DNA of 64,000 bases, taken from positions 1 to 64,000 of the IMG/VR virus record IMGVR_UViG_3300042402_003388, one strand, 5' to 3'. Made by a program: the position numbers and the translations under genes. Of this stretch, positions 10,159-20,243 are shown one piece after another. The number at the start of each line of letters is the position of its first letter. Within the stretch, counting starts at the first letter, position 1. This DNA is from a virus. The notes under the pieces are model-generated. The model did not search any database. It worked only from the letters and a program-made list of their open reading frames with translations, and had not been told where the DNA came from.

Positions 10159-10719
10159 CGAACTTAACTTAATTAATGATTCGGTTACAGGTTCTTTTGT
10201 TTGTGAACTTTTTTTAATCAAATCTTCAACTGTTTCATCAGGTACAATTAAATCTTGGTCATCTAATAATTCGCGAGGTACCCAAGGAACATCTTTACCA
10301 TTAATTTTGTCAACTTGTACCATATAATAGGCGAGGGTTTCTCTATCAACTATATATTTTCCCGTAGAAACTGTATGAAGAGAACCGTCTTCACAATATT
10401 CTGACGCCCATTTACCTATCGTTAATAATTCTTCGTCACTCAAATTTGGATAATCAACAATTAAATCAACGAATAAAGTGATGTGAACTGCATCATTATC
10501 CACATCTTCCATATCATAATCTAAAATATAGAAGTCAAATTCGTACTCATTCCCACTGGCTTTAAAAATTAACCAACCTTTAGAATTTTTTTGTATAAAA
10601 GATTTTAACTCATCGCTACCTTTACTTAGTTCACGTAATTTGTCAAAACCCCCAAAATACTTGGCGGCGTTAAATATATTACCTTGTTTTTTTATGAAAT
10701 CGATGATATTATTAGACAT
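10138..10719 (-). CDS. hypothetical protein
   Basis: ATG at 10719 follows a TATTTAT motif on - strand. Confidence 0.65.
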   Translation of the reverse strand: MSNNIIDFIKKQGNIFNAAKYFGGFDKLRELSKGSDELKSFIQKNSKGWLIFKASGNEYEFDFYILDYDMEDVDNDAVHITLFVDLIVDYPNLSDEELLTIGKWASEYCEDGSLHTVSTGKYIVDRETLAYYMVQVDKINGKDVPWVPRELLDDQDLIVPDETVEDLIKKSSQTKEPVTESLIKLSSLFNKTP

Positions 10720-10756
10720 ATCAATAAATATAGTAATTTCTTGGTATTTATATAGT

Positions 10757-11152
10757 ATGAAGGTCAAAATTAAACATAATAACAATATTAATCAGGAAGA
10801 ACTTCCCTTACTTGAAGATTTTTTTAAGTTTTTAAATAAAGAACTTACATTAAATGATGATATTATTATTGATTTTAATAGTGACAAGGACGAAAATATG
10901 ACCACAGGTGTTAGAATGAAAAAACACCACATTAAGGTATTAAAGAATGGTAGAATGTTCATTGATGTTCTAAGAACTTTAGCCCACGAATGGGTTCACG
11001 AGTACCAACATCAAAAAATGGGATTAACTGATTCTATGAAAAAATTAAAAATAGGTGGTTGGTCCGAGAATCACGCAAATGCGGTTGCGGGTATTCTAAT
11101 TAAGAAATTCGCTAAAAGCCATAAAGAGATTGAAGATAAATTATACGAATAA
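10757..11152 (+). CDS. HEXXH zincin-like metallopeptidase
   Basis: RTLAHEWVH ... ENHANA. Confidence 0.65.
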   Translation: MKVKIKHNNNINQEELPLLEDFFKFLNKELTLNDDIIIDFNSDKDENMTTGVRMKKHHIKVLKNGRMFIDVLRTLAHEWVHEYQHQKMGLTDSMKKLKIGGWSENHANAVAGILIKKFAKSHKEIEDKLYE

Positions 11153-11192
11153 CATTCGGTAGTAAACAAGTATTTATAAACAACAGTATATT

Positions 11193-12206
11193 ATGAAAAA
11201 AATTATAAAATTAACCGAATCTGACTTAAGAAGAATTGTTACTCGAGTTATTAAAGAACACGATGACAATTTAACTCACGCAGGAGAATATTTTGCTCTT
11301 GGTGGTTTTTATTTTTATGTCGATAACGGTAGAATGTGTTTAGCGGATAAATCGACGGGAGAGTTAAGTCCTAATATGTCGGTTGAGTTTCCATCAACAA
11401 ATGAAATTTCAGCCGAGTGGACTCAAAAGACACAAGAAGTTGATGATGAAAATATTAAAGGAAAAGAGTTGTCAGGACTTAATTTTGACGAGAGAATGAA
11501 AAATGCGATTAACTACGGTAAGTACATTTATGGTAAAAACGAAGCAATTGCGAATTTTGGAAGTATGTTACCAATCGTATTTTATTCTCAAAAATATATG
11601 GCCCCAACTTTGGGAGGTTTTGTTGTTGGAACTGAATTCCCTGACGGTGTTGAAGGTAGGTTAAATACCATTGATGCGAAACCTGGAAATAAAATATTTT
11701 TCCAACAATCGGCATTTAAACACGGTAAGGATTATGGTATCAGACTTGAGGTTTCAATGCACGGACAACCAATATCGTTAAAAGATTTTGGGCTTAACCA
11801 AAATATGTTAAAATTGCCAAAGACATATAATATTGGTGATTTTTTCGCGGAAAATAGTGATACTCCTCACAATTTACATACCGCATCATTTATTGATACT
11901 ATTAAAAAACATATTGCAGATGGTGGTAAAATTAATCGACTTATGATTAACGCATCGACATCTAAAGTACCTGCAGGGCATATTGATAATGACGGGACTA
12001 AACCAAAGTGGTCGGATACTATGGACTACGATGATTTAGTTGTCGGAAACAATGACGATGGAACAGGTAATCTACAGTTGTGTAAGGCTAAAGCTTATAA
12101 AACGTATAATGAGTTAAAAAATGCAATTCCTGAATTGAATAGTGCTCCTTATGTGTTGAAAGCTGCAGGCCCACTAGGTGAATACGTTCACATAAAATTC
12201 GAATAA
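11193..12206 (+). CDS. putative virion-associated protein with MKKIIKLTESDL leader
   Basis: shared leader, TATTTATA upstream. Confidence 0.75.
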   Translation: MKKIIKLTESDLRRIVTRVIKEHDDNLTHAGEYFALGGFYFYVDNGRMCLADKSTGELSPNMSVEFPSTNEISAEWTQKTQEVDDENIKGKELSGLNFDERMKNAINYGKYIYGKNEAIANFGSMLPIVFYSQKYMAPTLGGFVVGTEFPDGVEGRLNTIDAKPGNKIFFQQSAFKHGKDYGIRLEVSMHGQPISLKDFGLNQNMLKLPKTYNIGDFFAENSDTPHNLHTASFIDTIKKHIADGGKINRLMINASTSKVPAGHIDNDGTKPKWSDTMDYDDLVVGNNDDGTGNLQLCKAKAYKTYNELKNAIPELNSAPYVLKAAGPLGEYVHIKFE

Positions 12207-12218
12207 TACAATTAGAAA

Positions 12219-12350
12219 ATGGCAAAGGCTAAAGGCAATTCATCTAATGGTATGAAAGTTTCCTTCGGTAAAAAGGGGAAAGGTAAGTACCAAAAAAAAC
12301 GTAACAAACACGACAAATCTGAGAAAAACTACAGAGGACAAGGAAGATGA
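12219..12350 (+). CDS. small basic protein ending YRGQGR (43 aa, below ORF-track cutoff)
   Basis: MAKAKGNSSNGMKVSFGKKGKGKYQKKRNKHDKSEKNYRGQGR; ending resembles small basic proteins of T4-like phages. Confidence 0.7.
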   Translation: MAKAKGNSSNGMKVSFGKKGKGKYQKKRNKHDKSEKNYRGQGR

Positions 12351-12376
12351 AAATCTTCCTTTTTTTTTCTTTAAAA

Positions 12377-12408
12377 TTTGACTGTTGTTTAAAAAGTTGT
12401 TATCTTTG
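12377..12408 (+). promoter_or_regulatory. Bacteroidota-type promoter
   Basis: TTTG-N20-TATCTTTG. Confidence 0.65.
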
Positions 12409-12432
12409 TATTGTTGTTCTTTGAAACATATT

Positions 12433-12506
12433 GGTAGTGGTAGCTCAGAAGGTAGAGCATCCGTTCGAACAACGGTGTGCCATTGGTTCGATTCCAGTCC
12501 CTACCA
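12433..12506 (+). tRNA. degenerate tRNA-Phe(GAA)-like element
   Basis: cloverleaf with D and T arms, bulged acceptor stem, non-canonical C33 and C37. Confidence 0.5.
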
Positions 12507-12559
12507 CAAAAAAAGATTTGACATTTTAAAATAATGTTAGTATCTTTGAAGTATTGAAC

Positions 12560-12857
12560 AGAGGGATTTTCTTTCAAGGGTTTTCAGTCACTACACCCGC
12601 AGATTTTGTTACACCTCTCTAAACTAAAAAACAAAACGAACGCAAAGTGATAAGGTTTATAGGTCGGAAATACCTTAACTACAACCTAGTGTACACTAAA
12701 ATAAGTTTAAAGTCGCCAGGTTTTTTCCTAACTTTAACCCTTTAAAAAAAGTTGTGGATGTTCAACCCACACAGGTCCAAGGAGTCCTAAGTAAAAATTC
12801 TTAAAAATCCCTGACGGGGGGTGTACAAAGGGGGACGACGGTCTCCCTTTTTTTTTT
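12560..12857 (+). ncRNA. unknown ~300-nt structured RNA
   Basis: own promoter (TATCTTTG 12541), closing stem AGGGATTTT/AAAATCCCT, own terminator, no ORF. Confidence 0.6.
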
Positions 12858-12896
12858 GTTTTTTTCAGGTATTTATAGGTATAAAACTACCAAGAT

Positions 12897-13169
12897 ATGA
12901 AAAAAATTATTGACTGGGTCTCAGGACTTTTTAAAGACGAAAACGGAACACCTTCATCTAAAAGATTTGTAGGTATTGTATGTGCATTAACACTATGTAT
13001 TACTATGTATGTGAACAGTTATTCTCACGGGGATATTAAACCTGCGGATTCTTTAGTTAACGCAGTTGCATTATTGGCGTTTGGTTGTTTAGGTTTATCT
13101 TCTGCGGATAAATTTATTGCAATGAAAAAAGATGTTGCAAACGCAACTAAAGAAGAGGAAACTAATTAA
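12897..13169 (+). CDS. two-TM holin-like membrane protein
   Basis: PSSKRF motif then two hydrophobic helices. Confidence 0.55.
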   Translation: MKKIIDWVSGLFKDENGTPSSKRFVGIVCALTLCITMYVNSYSHGDIKPADSLVNAVALLAFGCLGLSSADKFIAMKKDVANATKEEETN

Positions 13170-13235
13170 TATATTTCTTCTAAAAAAATTAAAACCCCCT
13201 TTGATTCATTGGGGGTTTTTTGTTATAATTGGGTT

Positions 13236-13649
13236 ATGGAACTTTTAAACACTCACCCAATTAAAAAATCCGATTTAGGTTTTCACGGAAACTTATTTGG
13301 AGGAAAACTTTTAGCTTGGATTGACGCCGCAGCTGCGGGTTATTCAATGCAATTATGTGACTCACCAAGAATGGTCACAGTATCTATCGATAAATGTTTT
13401 TTTGAGAAGCCAGCTAAAGAAGGGCAACTTTTAAAAATTTATGGATACCCAAGTAAATTAGGTAATACGTCAGTTAGTTTATATATGGAGGCGAGAGCTC
13501 ATAATGTGTACACAGGTAATCAGGCGGTTGTTTTAAAAACACACATCAGATTCGTTAGAATTGACGAGGAAGGTAACCCAATTCCAATCAACGAAAAAGG
13601 TAGAAGTAGAATCGCTAAATTAATTGAAGAAAATAAATTTGGCGAATAA
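13236..13649 (+). CDS. acyl-CoA thioesterase (hotdog fold, YciA-like)
   Basis: HGNLFGGKLLAWIDAAA...VTVSID..F.KP motif. Confidence 0.85.
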   Translation: MELLNTHPIKKSDLGFHGNLFGGKLLAWIDAAAAGYSMQLCDSPRMVTVSIDKCFFEKPAKEGQLLKIYGYPSKLGNTSVSLYMEARAHNVYTGNQAVVLKTHIRFVRIDEEGNPIPINEKGRSRIAKLIEENKFGE

Positions 13650-13673
13650 AAAAATTTATTATATCTTAGCCGT

Positions 13674-13820
13674 ATGAACTCAAAATTGATGAAAATAGGA
13701 TTAACAACTGTCGGACTAAGTTTAGTCGGATTAATAGTTGGTTTGTCATTAGTTATGCTAATGTCTTGTGTTTATATTGCTAAGTGGGTTTTCTTAAAGA
13801 TTTGGGGGGTATTTTTTTAA
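13674..13820 (+). CDS. 48-aa membrane peptide (below ORF-track cutoff)
   Basis: hydrophobic ORF followed by terminator. Confidence 0.5.
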   Translation: MNSKLMKIGLTTVGLSLVGLIVGLSLVMLMSCVYIAKWVFLKIWGVFF

Positions 13821-13823
13821 AGT

Positions 13824-13852
13824 AAAAAGGGGAGTAGCGAATTCCCCTTTTT
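13824..13852. terminator. bidirectional intrinsic terminator
   Basis: AAAAGGGGAGT/ATTCCCCTTTT. Confidence 0.75.
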
Positions 13853-13970
13853 GTTTGTTACCACAACGGTAACGGTCCTAAAAGTCCCCAATTTAATGAG
13901 GAGGCTTGTTTATTAATAAATAGTTTTTTATACTTGAATATACGATTTAACAAATAATATTATAATAAAG

Positions 13971-15101
13971 ATGTCGAGAATTGATGAATTAAAAAAACAA
14001 AACCCTTCATTTGGGGTTAACCTTATTGAGGTGATAAACAATTTAGTGGATAAGCCAAAATACACTGAAATGTTAGTAAATCTTATAAAATATAAGTACG
14101 ATAAACAGTCCACATCCTTAAAAGATGTAACTCACGAATTAGTAAACGAATATAAGATTCCTGAATCTAAATTGGAAGGGATGTCGTATTTTGAATTACA
14201 AAATTATCTTAGAGTGATTGGGGATTATATTGGTCATCAGAATTATTCTACCGTAACTAAGTTTATCGAGATGAATGAACGAAAGTTAATTGAAAATTCA
14301 GATTTAACTTCATATAAAACGTTTCAAGAGTTAGAATTACAAATGTCTTTGGCCGATTTGAAATTGGTTGACAAAGAAATGGAAAAACAAATTGAAAAGT
14401 TGTTTGAAGATGATGAATGGTTAGTATTGAAACCTTTATCTTATCTATCGTCTAAAAAATATGGGGCATCAACTAAATGGTGTACCGCATCTGATAGAGA
14501 ACCTGATTATTATTATCGATACGTAAAAAGAGGTATCTTAATCTACGTAATTAATAAAAAAACAGGTGATAAAGTTGCGGGGTTCAAAAACATTGATTCG
14601 TCATACGAAAGAGAAACCTCTTTTTGGGATATTGTAGACCAAAGAGTGGATTCGTTAGACACAGGATTACCTAATCACATTATGGATATCTTTAAGGAAC
14701 AATTCCATAACGTTAAAATAACAAATTGGAACAGTTTAACTGATGACGAACGAAATAGACAACTATTGTGGTTGGAGAATGAATATTATGGTCAAAAAAA
14801 ATCCTCAGATAGATTAATGCCAAGAGCGGTAGGGATGGATGTTGAAAGACCTATGAGAGTTTTAGAAAATATTCTAGTTGATGTAACAAATGAGGAGATA
14901 GATAGGTCAATTGGTGAAATGGTTATGGAAGAACCTATGGGGGAAATGATGATGGAAGAATCTATGGGTTATGAGGTAGAAGAGACCATCACCAGACAAC
15001 TTAATAATCTACTTGAGGATTTGGCCGAAAGAGATTATCAAGAAAACGGTGGGAGAGTTGTCCAAATGTATCCTGATGAATCACCTCGAGAATCAAGATA
15101 A
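13971..15101 (+). CDS. WCT-motif (PcfJ-like) domain protein
   Basis: KYGASTKWCTAS..YYYRY..LIYVINK, related to 4242..6038. Confidence 0.7.
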   Translation: MSRIDELKKQNPSFGVNLIEVINNLVDKPKYTEMLVNLIKYKYDKQSTSLKDVTHELVNEYKIPESKLEGMSYFELQNYLRVIGDYIGHQNYSTVTKFIEMNERKLIENSDLTSYKTFQELELQMSLADLKLVDKEMEKQIEKLFEDDEWLVLKPLSYLSSKKYGASTKWCTASDREPDYYYRYVKRGILIYVINKKTGDKVAGFKNIDSSYERETSFWDIVDQRVDSLDTGLPNHIMDIFKEQFHNVKITNWNSLTDDERNRQLLWLENEYYGQKKSSDRLMPRAVGMDVERPMRVLENILVDVTNEEIDRSIGEMVMEEPMGEMMMEESMGYEVEETITRQLNNLLEDLAERDYQENGGRVVQMYPDESPRESR

Positions 15102-15136
15102 ATAAAAAACCCCCAATTAAGGGGGTTTTTATATTT

Positions 15137-15502
15137 TTACCAAGTTCTACACGCCCAATAACGTGGTTTCCATCTAGGCCCTGGGTTATCACATCTCATT
15201 CTGGCTCTAAAACTTTTTCTTCTTTCAGGGTTATTTTTTTTAATGACCATTCGTTTACCTTTAGCGGATTTACCACCAAACCCAAAGTTAACTTTGACAA
15301 CATTTCCTTTATCGTTTTTAACGTATACTTTAAATTTTTTAACGTCACCTTGCATTATTTTACCTAACTGTACTTTTCTTCCTTTGTACTCGGCTTCTGT
15401 AATTGTTGTTTGTTCTACCGAACCAAACTCATCTTCATAAATGAATTTGTTAGTACTGAATTCTTCTCGTAAAATTTGTTTTATTAAACTTTCTAAGTCC
15501 AT
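15137..15502 (-). CDS. conserved basic phage protein (RRKSFRAR..C...RYW.C..W family)
   Basis: C-terminal motif typical of T4-like phage conserved proteins; IKQILRE leader. Confidence 0.7.
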   Translation of the reverse strand: MDLESLIKQILREEFSTNKFIYEDEFGSVEQTTITEAEYKGRKVQLGKIMQGDVKKFKVYVKNDKGNVVKVNFGFGGKSAKGKRMVIKKNNPERRKSFRARMRCDNPGPRWKPRYWACRTW

Positions 15503-15582
15503 AGTTGTTGTTTTAAAATAAATATCTGATTTATTTGATTTAATCACAATAAAAGATTACATTTGTGTTTAAATATATTAGG

Positions 15583-15987
15583 ATGGAGAATAAAATTTTA
15601 TACATTGTTAGAGGAATACCTGGTAGTGGTAAAACTACATTTGCAAAAACATTAGGAGGAGTTCATTTTGAGGCCGACCAATATTTTATGGTTGATGGGG
15701 AATATAAATTTGACTTTACGAAGTTAAAAAACGCCCACACTTGGTGTCAAAATGAAGTTAGTAATGCTATGATTCTAAATCACACCGCCAATTTAAATAA
15801 CACCATCGTAGTATCCAATACATTTACCCAAGAGTGGGAAATGGAACCGTATGTTGAAATGGCCAAGGAATGGGGGTATACTGTTTTTACCATTGTGGTT
15901 GAAAATAGACACGGTGGTAAAAATGTCCACGGAGTTCCTGATGATAAATTAGAGATAATGCGTAATAGATTCGAAATTAAATTATGA
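15583..15987 (+). CDS. P-loop kinase (AAA_33, polynucleotide-kinase-like)
   Basis: RGIPGSGKTT Walker A; EADQYF; VSNTFTQEWE; HGVP. Confidence 0.85.
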   Translation: MENKILYIVRGIPGSGKTTFAKTLGGVHFEADQYFMVDGEYKFDFTKLKNAHTWCQNEVSNAMILNHTANLNNTIVVSNTFTQEWEMEPYVEMAKEWGYTVFTIVVENRHGGKNVHGVPDDKLEIMRNRFEIKL

Positions 15988-16202
15988 TAAAAGCACTTAA
16001 AATATTATTAACCGCAGGGATTGTTGTCGGTAGAATATACTTAATCTTTAAAGTTATTGAAGGTCTAATGATTAGTAAACAACATCCTGAATATTCATTA
16101 GATAATATACAGTGGTATTTGTATGTTTTACTATTGGATTTGTATATTGTTAAGATTATGGATAATTCTGACTCCGAAGATATTTATTCTAAAAAAGAGT
16201 AA
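15984..16202 (+). CDS. small membrane protein
   Basis: two hydrophobic segments. Confidence 0.6.
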   Translation: MIKALKILLTAGIVVGRIYLIFKVIEGLMISKQHPEYSLDNIQWYLYVLLLDLYIVKIMDNSDSEDIYSKKE

Positions 16203-16204
16203 GT

Positions 16205-16993
16205 ATGGATAATAATAAAAAAATATTAGAGGAGATAAAAAGATTCCAGCAACTATCAAATATACAAGAATCTTCAATTAAAGAAGGGTTCATTGATGAT
16301 ATTATTGATTTAGGTTCTAAAGCCGTTGATACTGTATCTAAAACCGATTTAGTTAAAAAAATTAAATCATATATGTCAGATGATAAAAATGACAAGGAGG
16401 ATAATAGTGTGTTAAAAAAAATAAAAGATATTTTTAAAGGTACTGATTCGGAAGACGATATTGAAGATTTAGAGTTAGATAATATTAGTGAAAAAGGTCA
16501 AAAATTATTGGACAATGAAGTTTTCCAAGAAAAATTAGAAGAAATTTCAAAAGCGATAGACATTGACAAAAGTTCAATTATTAAGTTAATGAAACACGAA
16601 TCAGGTTTAGACCCTAAAATCAAAAATAGTATTGGTTGTGTTGGATTAATTCAATTCTGCCCTGGAGGAGGTTCAACTAAAACCGTAAATGGTAAAACAT
16701 ATACTTTAGACGAACTTGGGGACAACCTAAGTGTTCAGATGGACGCTATTAAAGATTTTTGGGTTAAAGGATATGAAAATGGTAAGATACAAAGTCCTGA
16801 GGATTTATACATTTATAATTTCTTCCCTGTTGCCGCTGGAAAACCAGATGATTTTGTGTTAAAAAGTAGTGGATTATCGGCAAAAACAGTTGCGAGAGCT
16901 AACCCAGTGTTTAATAGAGTGTTAGGCCAAGAGAATGACCAATTAACTGTTGGGGACCTCAAAAATTATTATAGAAAAACTGGAATGGTCTAA
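16205..16993 (+). CDS. lytic transglycosylase (SLT-like), probably virion-associated
   Basis: HESGLDP..KNSIGCVGLIQF; ILEEIKRFQQL..IQE leader. Confidence 0.75.
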   Translation: MDNNKKILEEIKRFQQLSNIQESSIKEGFIDDIIDLGSKAVDTVSKTDLVKKIKSYMSDDKNDKEDNSVLKKIKDIFKGTDSEDDIEDLELDNISEKGQKLLDNEVFQEKLEEISKAIDIDKSSIIKLMKHESGLDPKIKNSIGCVGLIQFCPGGGSTKTVNGKTYTLDELGDNLSVQMDAIKDFWVKGYENGKIQSPEDLYIYNFFPVAAGKPDDFVLKSSGLSAKTVARANPVFNRVLGQENDQLTVGDLKNYYRKTGMV

Positions 16994-17213
16994 AATTAGA
17001 CCATTAAAAATTTTTGTACGACATCAATAGAATAAATAACTACTCTAGTTGTTGTAAGATATGTTTTATATATAATACTTCTCATAATTTTTACACCTAT
17101 AATTACTTGTAAAGTAAGAATTTTCCCGTTTTTAGAAATAGTTTACTAATTTAAGGTAATAATCCGTATAAATAAAATATTTATTAGGAAATAAATTACC
17201 AAGATATTAAACT

Positions 17214-19115
17214 ATGAAAAAACTCTTAGCGGTTGCCTCATTTCTATTAATGAGTGCAATCGGATTCTCTCAAACGTGTCCTACCCCGACCACAACAGGG
17301 GTCTTCGTTACGTTAGATTCAAACTACCAATTGGCACCGTCGGCGGCTGGTTTTACTAACGTAGGATTGTGTTTCTACAATAACACTACAACCCTAATCA
17401 CCGCGGCTCAATTCAGAGTATACTACGACAAACTTGCATTTTCAGGTGTTGACACAGTTACCTCATTAAACACATCGTATTCTCAGTATTTACAATATGT
17501 GGATAACCCCGCAAACGGATATGTAACAATTACATTATCTTATACGGGTAGTTTATCAACTTTTGAGATTCCTGACGGAGCGTTTGTACAATTAAAATTA
17601 CAACATATTACAGGATTCTCATCATTAACATCTGTTGGTAATATGTCGTTTAGTGGTGTAAACACATACCCTTCTATCTCTACAAGACAAGACGGTACTG
17701 ATAATACATTAACCTTACAAAACTTTGGTGGGGTTATGTTACCTCAGACATTTTCTTTTACAGGTACATTTACAAACGTTACAGGTACAGGGGCCAAAGA
17801 CTTAACAGTTGGTCTTGAGAAAAAACTTAGACCTAGTGGGTCTTGGACACCAGTAACAAGTACATTAACTAATACCTCAGGTGTCTTCGCATTTAACGAT
17901 ATTGCGGTCGATACTACAGGTTACGATGTTCGTATTAAAATTGTTGGAGATACTATGTCGGTAGGTAACGTTATCTCTACGGCAGATGCACAAAAAGTTA
18001 ATGACTATGTATTAGGTACTCAAACCCCAACAGGATTTGATTATTACGCGGCTGATGTTAACGGTGATAATAATATAACAATATCGGATGCTTATGGTGT
18101 ATTTGGTAGAATCTCAGGAAGATTCTCAGTTTGGCCAAACAGTGTTAAAGACGTTAAATTCTTTACATCCGCAGAATACACAACAATTAATGGTTCATCT
18201 ACGAATTACTTGTCATCAATTCCTGGTACTACAAACTTCACATTTAATATTATTGCGGGGGCACCTTCACCTACATTCTACGTGTTAGTTCCTGGTGACG
18301 CTAACGGTACAGGTTATCATATGGCTCGTGTTACACCAATTGAAGTGTTAATAAACCCACAACCTGGTGTTGAATCTCAAATTTATAATGTGATTGACAA
18401 TAGAGTTGAGTATGATTTCCCAACGACTTCGATTGAAGTTAATGTACCAAGATTATCAGTACAAGAAGGTAATTTAGTTAATATACCTGTAAAAGTTTTT
18501 ACAAGTGGTACTGACTTAGGTTCATTACAGTTTGGGTTAAAATATAATGATACATTATTGGAATTCAAAGGTATTGATTCTAAATCATCGGCTTCAAGTT
18601 GGTTAACATACTTAAATACTAACGATAACATTATTACTTGGGGTGGTTATGATAATAGTAATCATTTAAAACCTATACGTAACAACGATGAGGTGGTTAC
18701 TTTAAAATTTATAGCTAAACAACCACAAAATTTATGGGATGAAAGTCCTCTTTGGACTACAGATAAATTTGCTGGGGATAACCAATGTAAAGATTTGGAA
18801 ATAACCCCAACAAATGGAATTGTTCAAGTTTATAAAATGGTAAATGGACATATGACAGATGTTAATGGTATGATTGTTTACCCAAATCCGACTGAAGATT
18901 ACGTTACGGTTAAATTCGAAGTTAAAGAATATGGTAATGTTAGACTTTCGGTATACGGTGTTGATGGTAAGGAATATAAAGTAATGGTTAACGATAAAAT
19001 GCCTCAGGGCGATTATCAATACAGTACTAACTTAGGTTATCTACCTTCAGGTGTTTATATGGCGGTTCTTAAAAGAAGTGACATACAACTTACAAGTAAA
19101 ATTATTTTAAAATAA
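17214..19115 (+). CDS. secreted cohesin/dockerin-like protein with T9SS type A C-terminal sorting domain
   Basis: signal peptide; two cohesin-like segments; DVNGDNNITISD dockerin-like loop; VYPNP...LPSGVY...KIILK CTD. Confidence 0.75.
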   Translation: MKKLLAVASFLLMSAIGFSQTCPTPTTTGVFVTLDSNYQLAPSAAGFTNVGLCFYNNTTTLITAAQFRVYYDKLAFSGVDTVTSLNTSYSQYLQYVDNPANGYVTITLSYTGSLSTFEIPDGAFVQLKLQHITGFSSLTSVGNMSFSGVNTYPSISTRQDGTDNTLTLQNFGGVMLPQTFSFTGTFTNVTGTGAKDLTVGLEKKLRPSGSWTPVTSTLTNTSGVFAFNDIAVDTTGYDVRIKIVGDTMSVGNVISTADAQKVNDYVLGTQTPTGFDYYAADVNGDNNITISDAYGVFGRISGRFSVWPNSVKDVKFFTSAEYTTINGSSTNYLSSIPGTTNFTFNIIAGAPSPTFYVLVPGDANGTGYHMARVTPIEVLINPQPGVESQIYNVIDNRVEYDFPTTSIEVNVPRLSVQEGNLVNIPVKVFTSGTDLGSLQFGLKYNDTLLEFKGIDSKSSASSWLTYLNTNDNIITWGGYDNSNHLKPIRNNDEVVTLKFIAKQPQNLWDESPLWTTDKFAGDNQCKDLEITPTNGIVQVYKMVNGHMTDVNGMIVYPNPTEDYVTVKFEVKEYGNVRLSVYGVDGKEYKVMVNDKMPQGDYQYSTNLGYLPSGVYMAVLKRSDIQLTSKIILK

Positions 19116-19183
19116 AAAATGAGGTCACAAATTGTGACCTCTTAGCCTTTAAACAATAAACTAAATTAAAACAAACAAATATT

Positions 19184-19522
19184 ATGTCAGAGGAAACAAA
19201 CGTACCTGAATCAGATGGAACTTGGTCAGGGTTAAAGAAAACAATCATCGGAACACTAACTACAGTAATTGCTGGAGGTGGGGTATGGGTATCAACAATG
19301 TTATTTGGAGGTCATTCAGAAGAAAAAGAAGAACCTAAAACTGAACAAACTGCGGCACCCGCACCAGTTATAGTTAACGTACAACAAAATCAAGAAAATA
19401 AACAAAAAGTTGAAAACGGTGGTGGTACTAACACAATCATTAAAGAACGTGTTATTGAAAAACCTGCGGCTCAGACAACTGAACCTGCTAAACCTGTTAA
19501 AAAAGAAGAGGAATCTTGGTAA
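19184..19522 (+). CDS. single-TM membrane protein with low-complexity tail
   Basis: hydrophobic helix near N-terminus; in operon. Confidence 0.7.
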   Translation: MSEETNVPESDGTWSGLKKTIIGTLTTVIAGGGVWVSTMLFGGHSEEKEEPKTEQTAAPAPVIVNVQQNQENKQKVENGGGTNTIIKERVIEKPAAQTTEPAKPVKKEEESW

Positions 19523-20238
19523 TGAAAAAGTTATTGTACACCCTACTACCCATAATATTACTTTCTTGTAAAGTTAGTGGTCAAATAGGAACGGTTAAAA
19601 CCGAACAGTATCAAGCGGATTTTGAAAAAAAACAATCCATATCTGTTGTGTCGGATTATACAGATACAATTGTAATTCCTATTCAGGTTCTTAAAATCGG
19701 AATCAATGAGGAATTATACTCTATGTACCCTGAACTTAAAGATAAAAGAGTCGGTTTAGGGGTGGCAAATATCGTTTTAGAATACTTGGAATCTACTGAT
19801 AGATTTAAATTTACTGAAGATAAAGAGGAAATTAAACAGAAAATGATTGCACAAGACAAAGCTTCTGATAAAGGAATTTCAAGTAACAAAATAGAGGTTA
19901 AGGGTAATGTAATCTTAGCCAAATATTTTGTTTATATCGAAGTGTATGACTTTTCAGTTTCTGAAGATGAGGTCGTTAAAGCGACTGATGGTGCTAAAAC
20001 AACTCAAACAACTCGTTTAGGGTTACAAGTTAGATTTGTGGATGCTGAGACAGGTGAAATCTACACAGGTAGTGGTTTAGGTGAAGCGTCAACGGTTAAA
20101 ACATCATCATTGTTGTCAGATGTTGAAGACATTAAATTTAATCAATCAACAATAGGTATTTCGACAAAAAAGGCTCTTGAAACGGCATCGTCAAGAGTTG
20201 TGTCAAAATTAATAAAAAAGGGTGTCTTTAAATCTTAA
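19522..20238 (+). CDS. CsgG/HfaB-like lipoprotein
   Basis: lipobox LLSC; RF.F.ED; LGLQVRFVDAETGEIYTGSG. Confidence 0.7.
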   Translation: MKKLLYTLLPIILLSCKVSGQIGTVKTEQYQADFEKKQSISVVSDYTDTIVIPIQVLKIGINEELYSMYPELKDKRVGLGVANIVLEYLESTDRFKFTEDKEEIKQKMIAQDKASDKGISSNKIEVKGNVILAKYFVYIEVYDFSVSEDEVVKATDGAKTTQTTRLGLQVRFVDAETGEIYTGSGLGEASTVKTSSLLSDVEDIKFNQSTIGISTKKALETASSRVVSKLIKKGVFKS

Positions 20239-20243
20239 AAAAA

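Noticed and set aside
12560-12826. RNase P RNA
   Set aside because: Lacks the GAGGAAAGUCC and 3' CGGCUUA conserved P4 segments.
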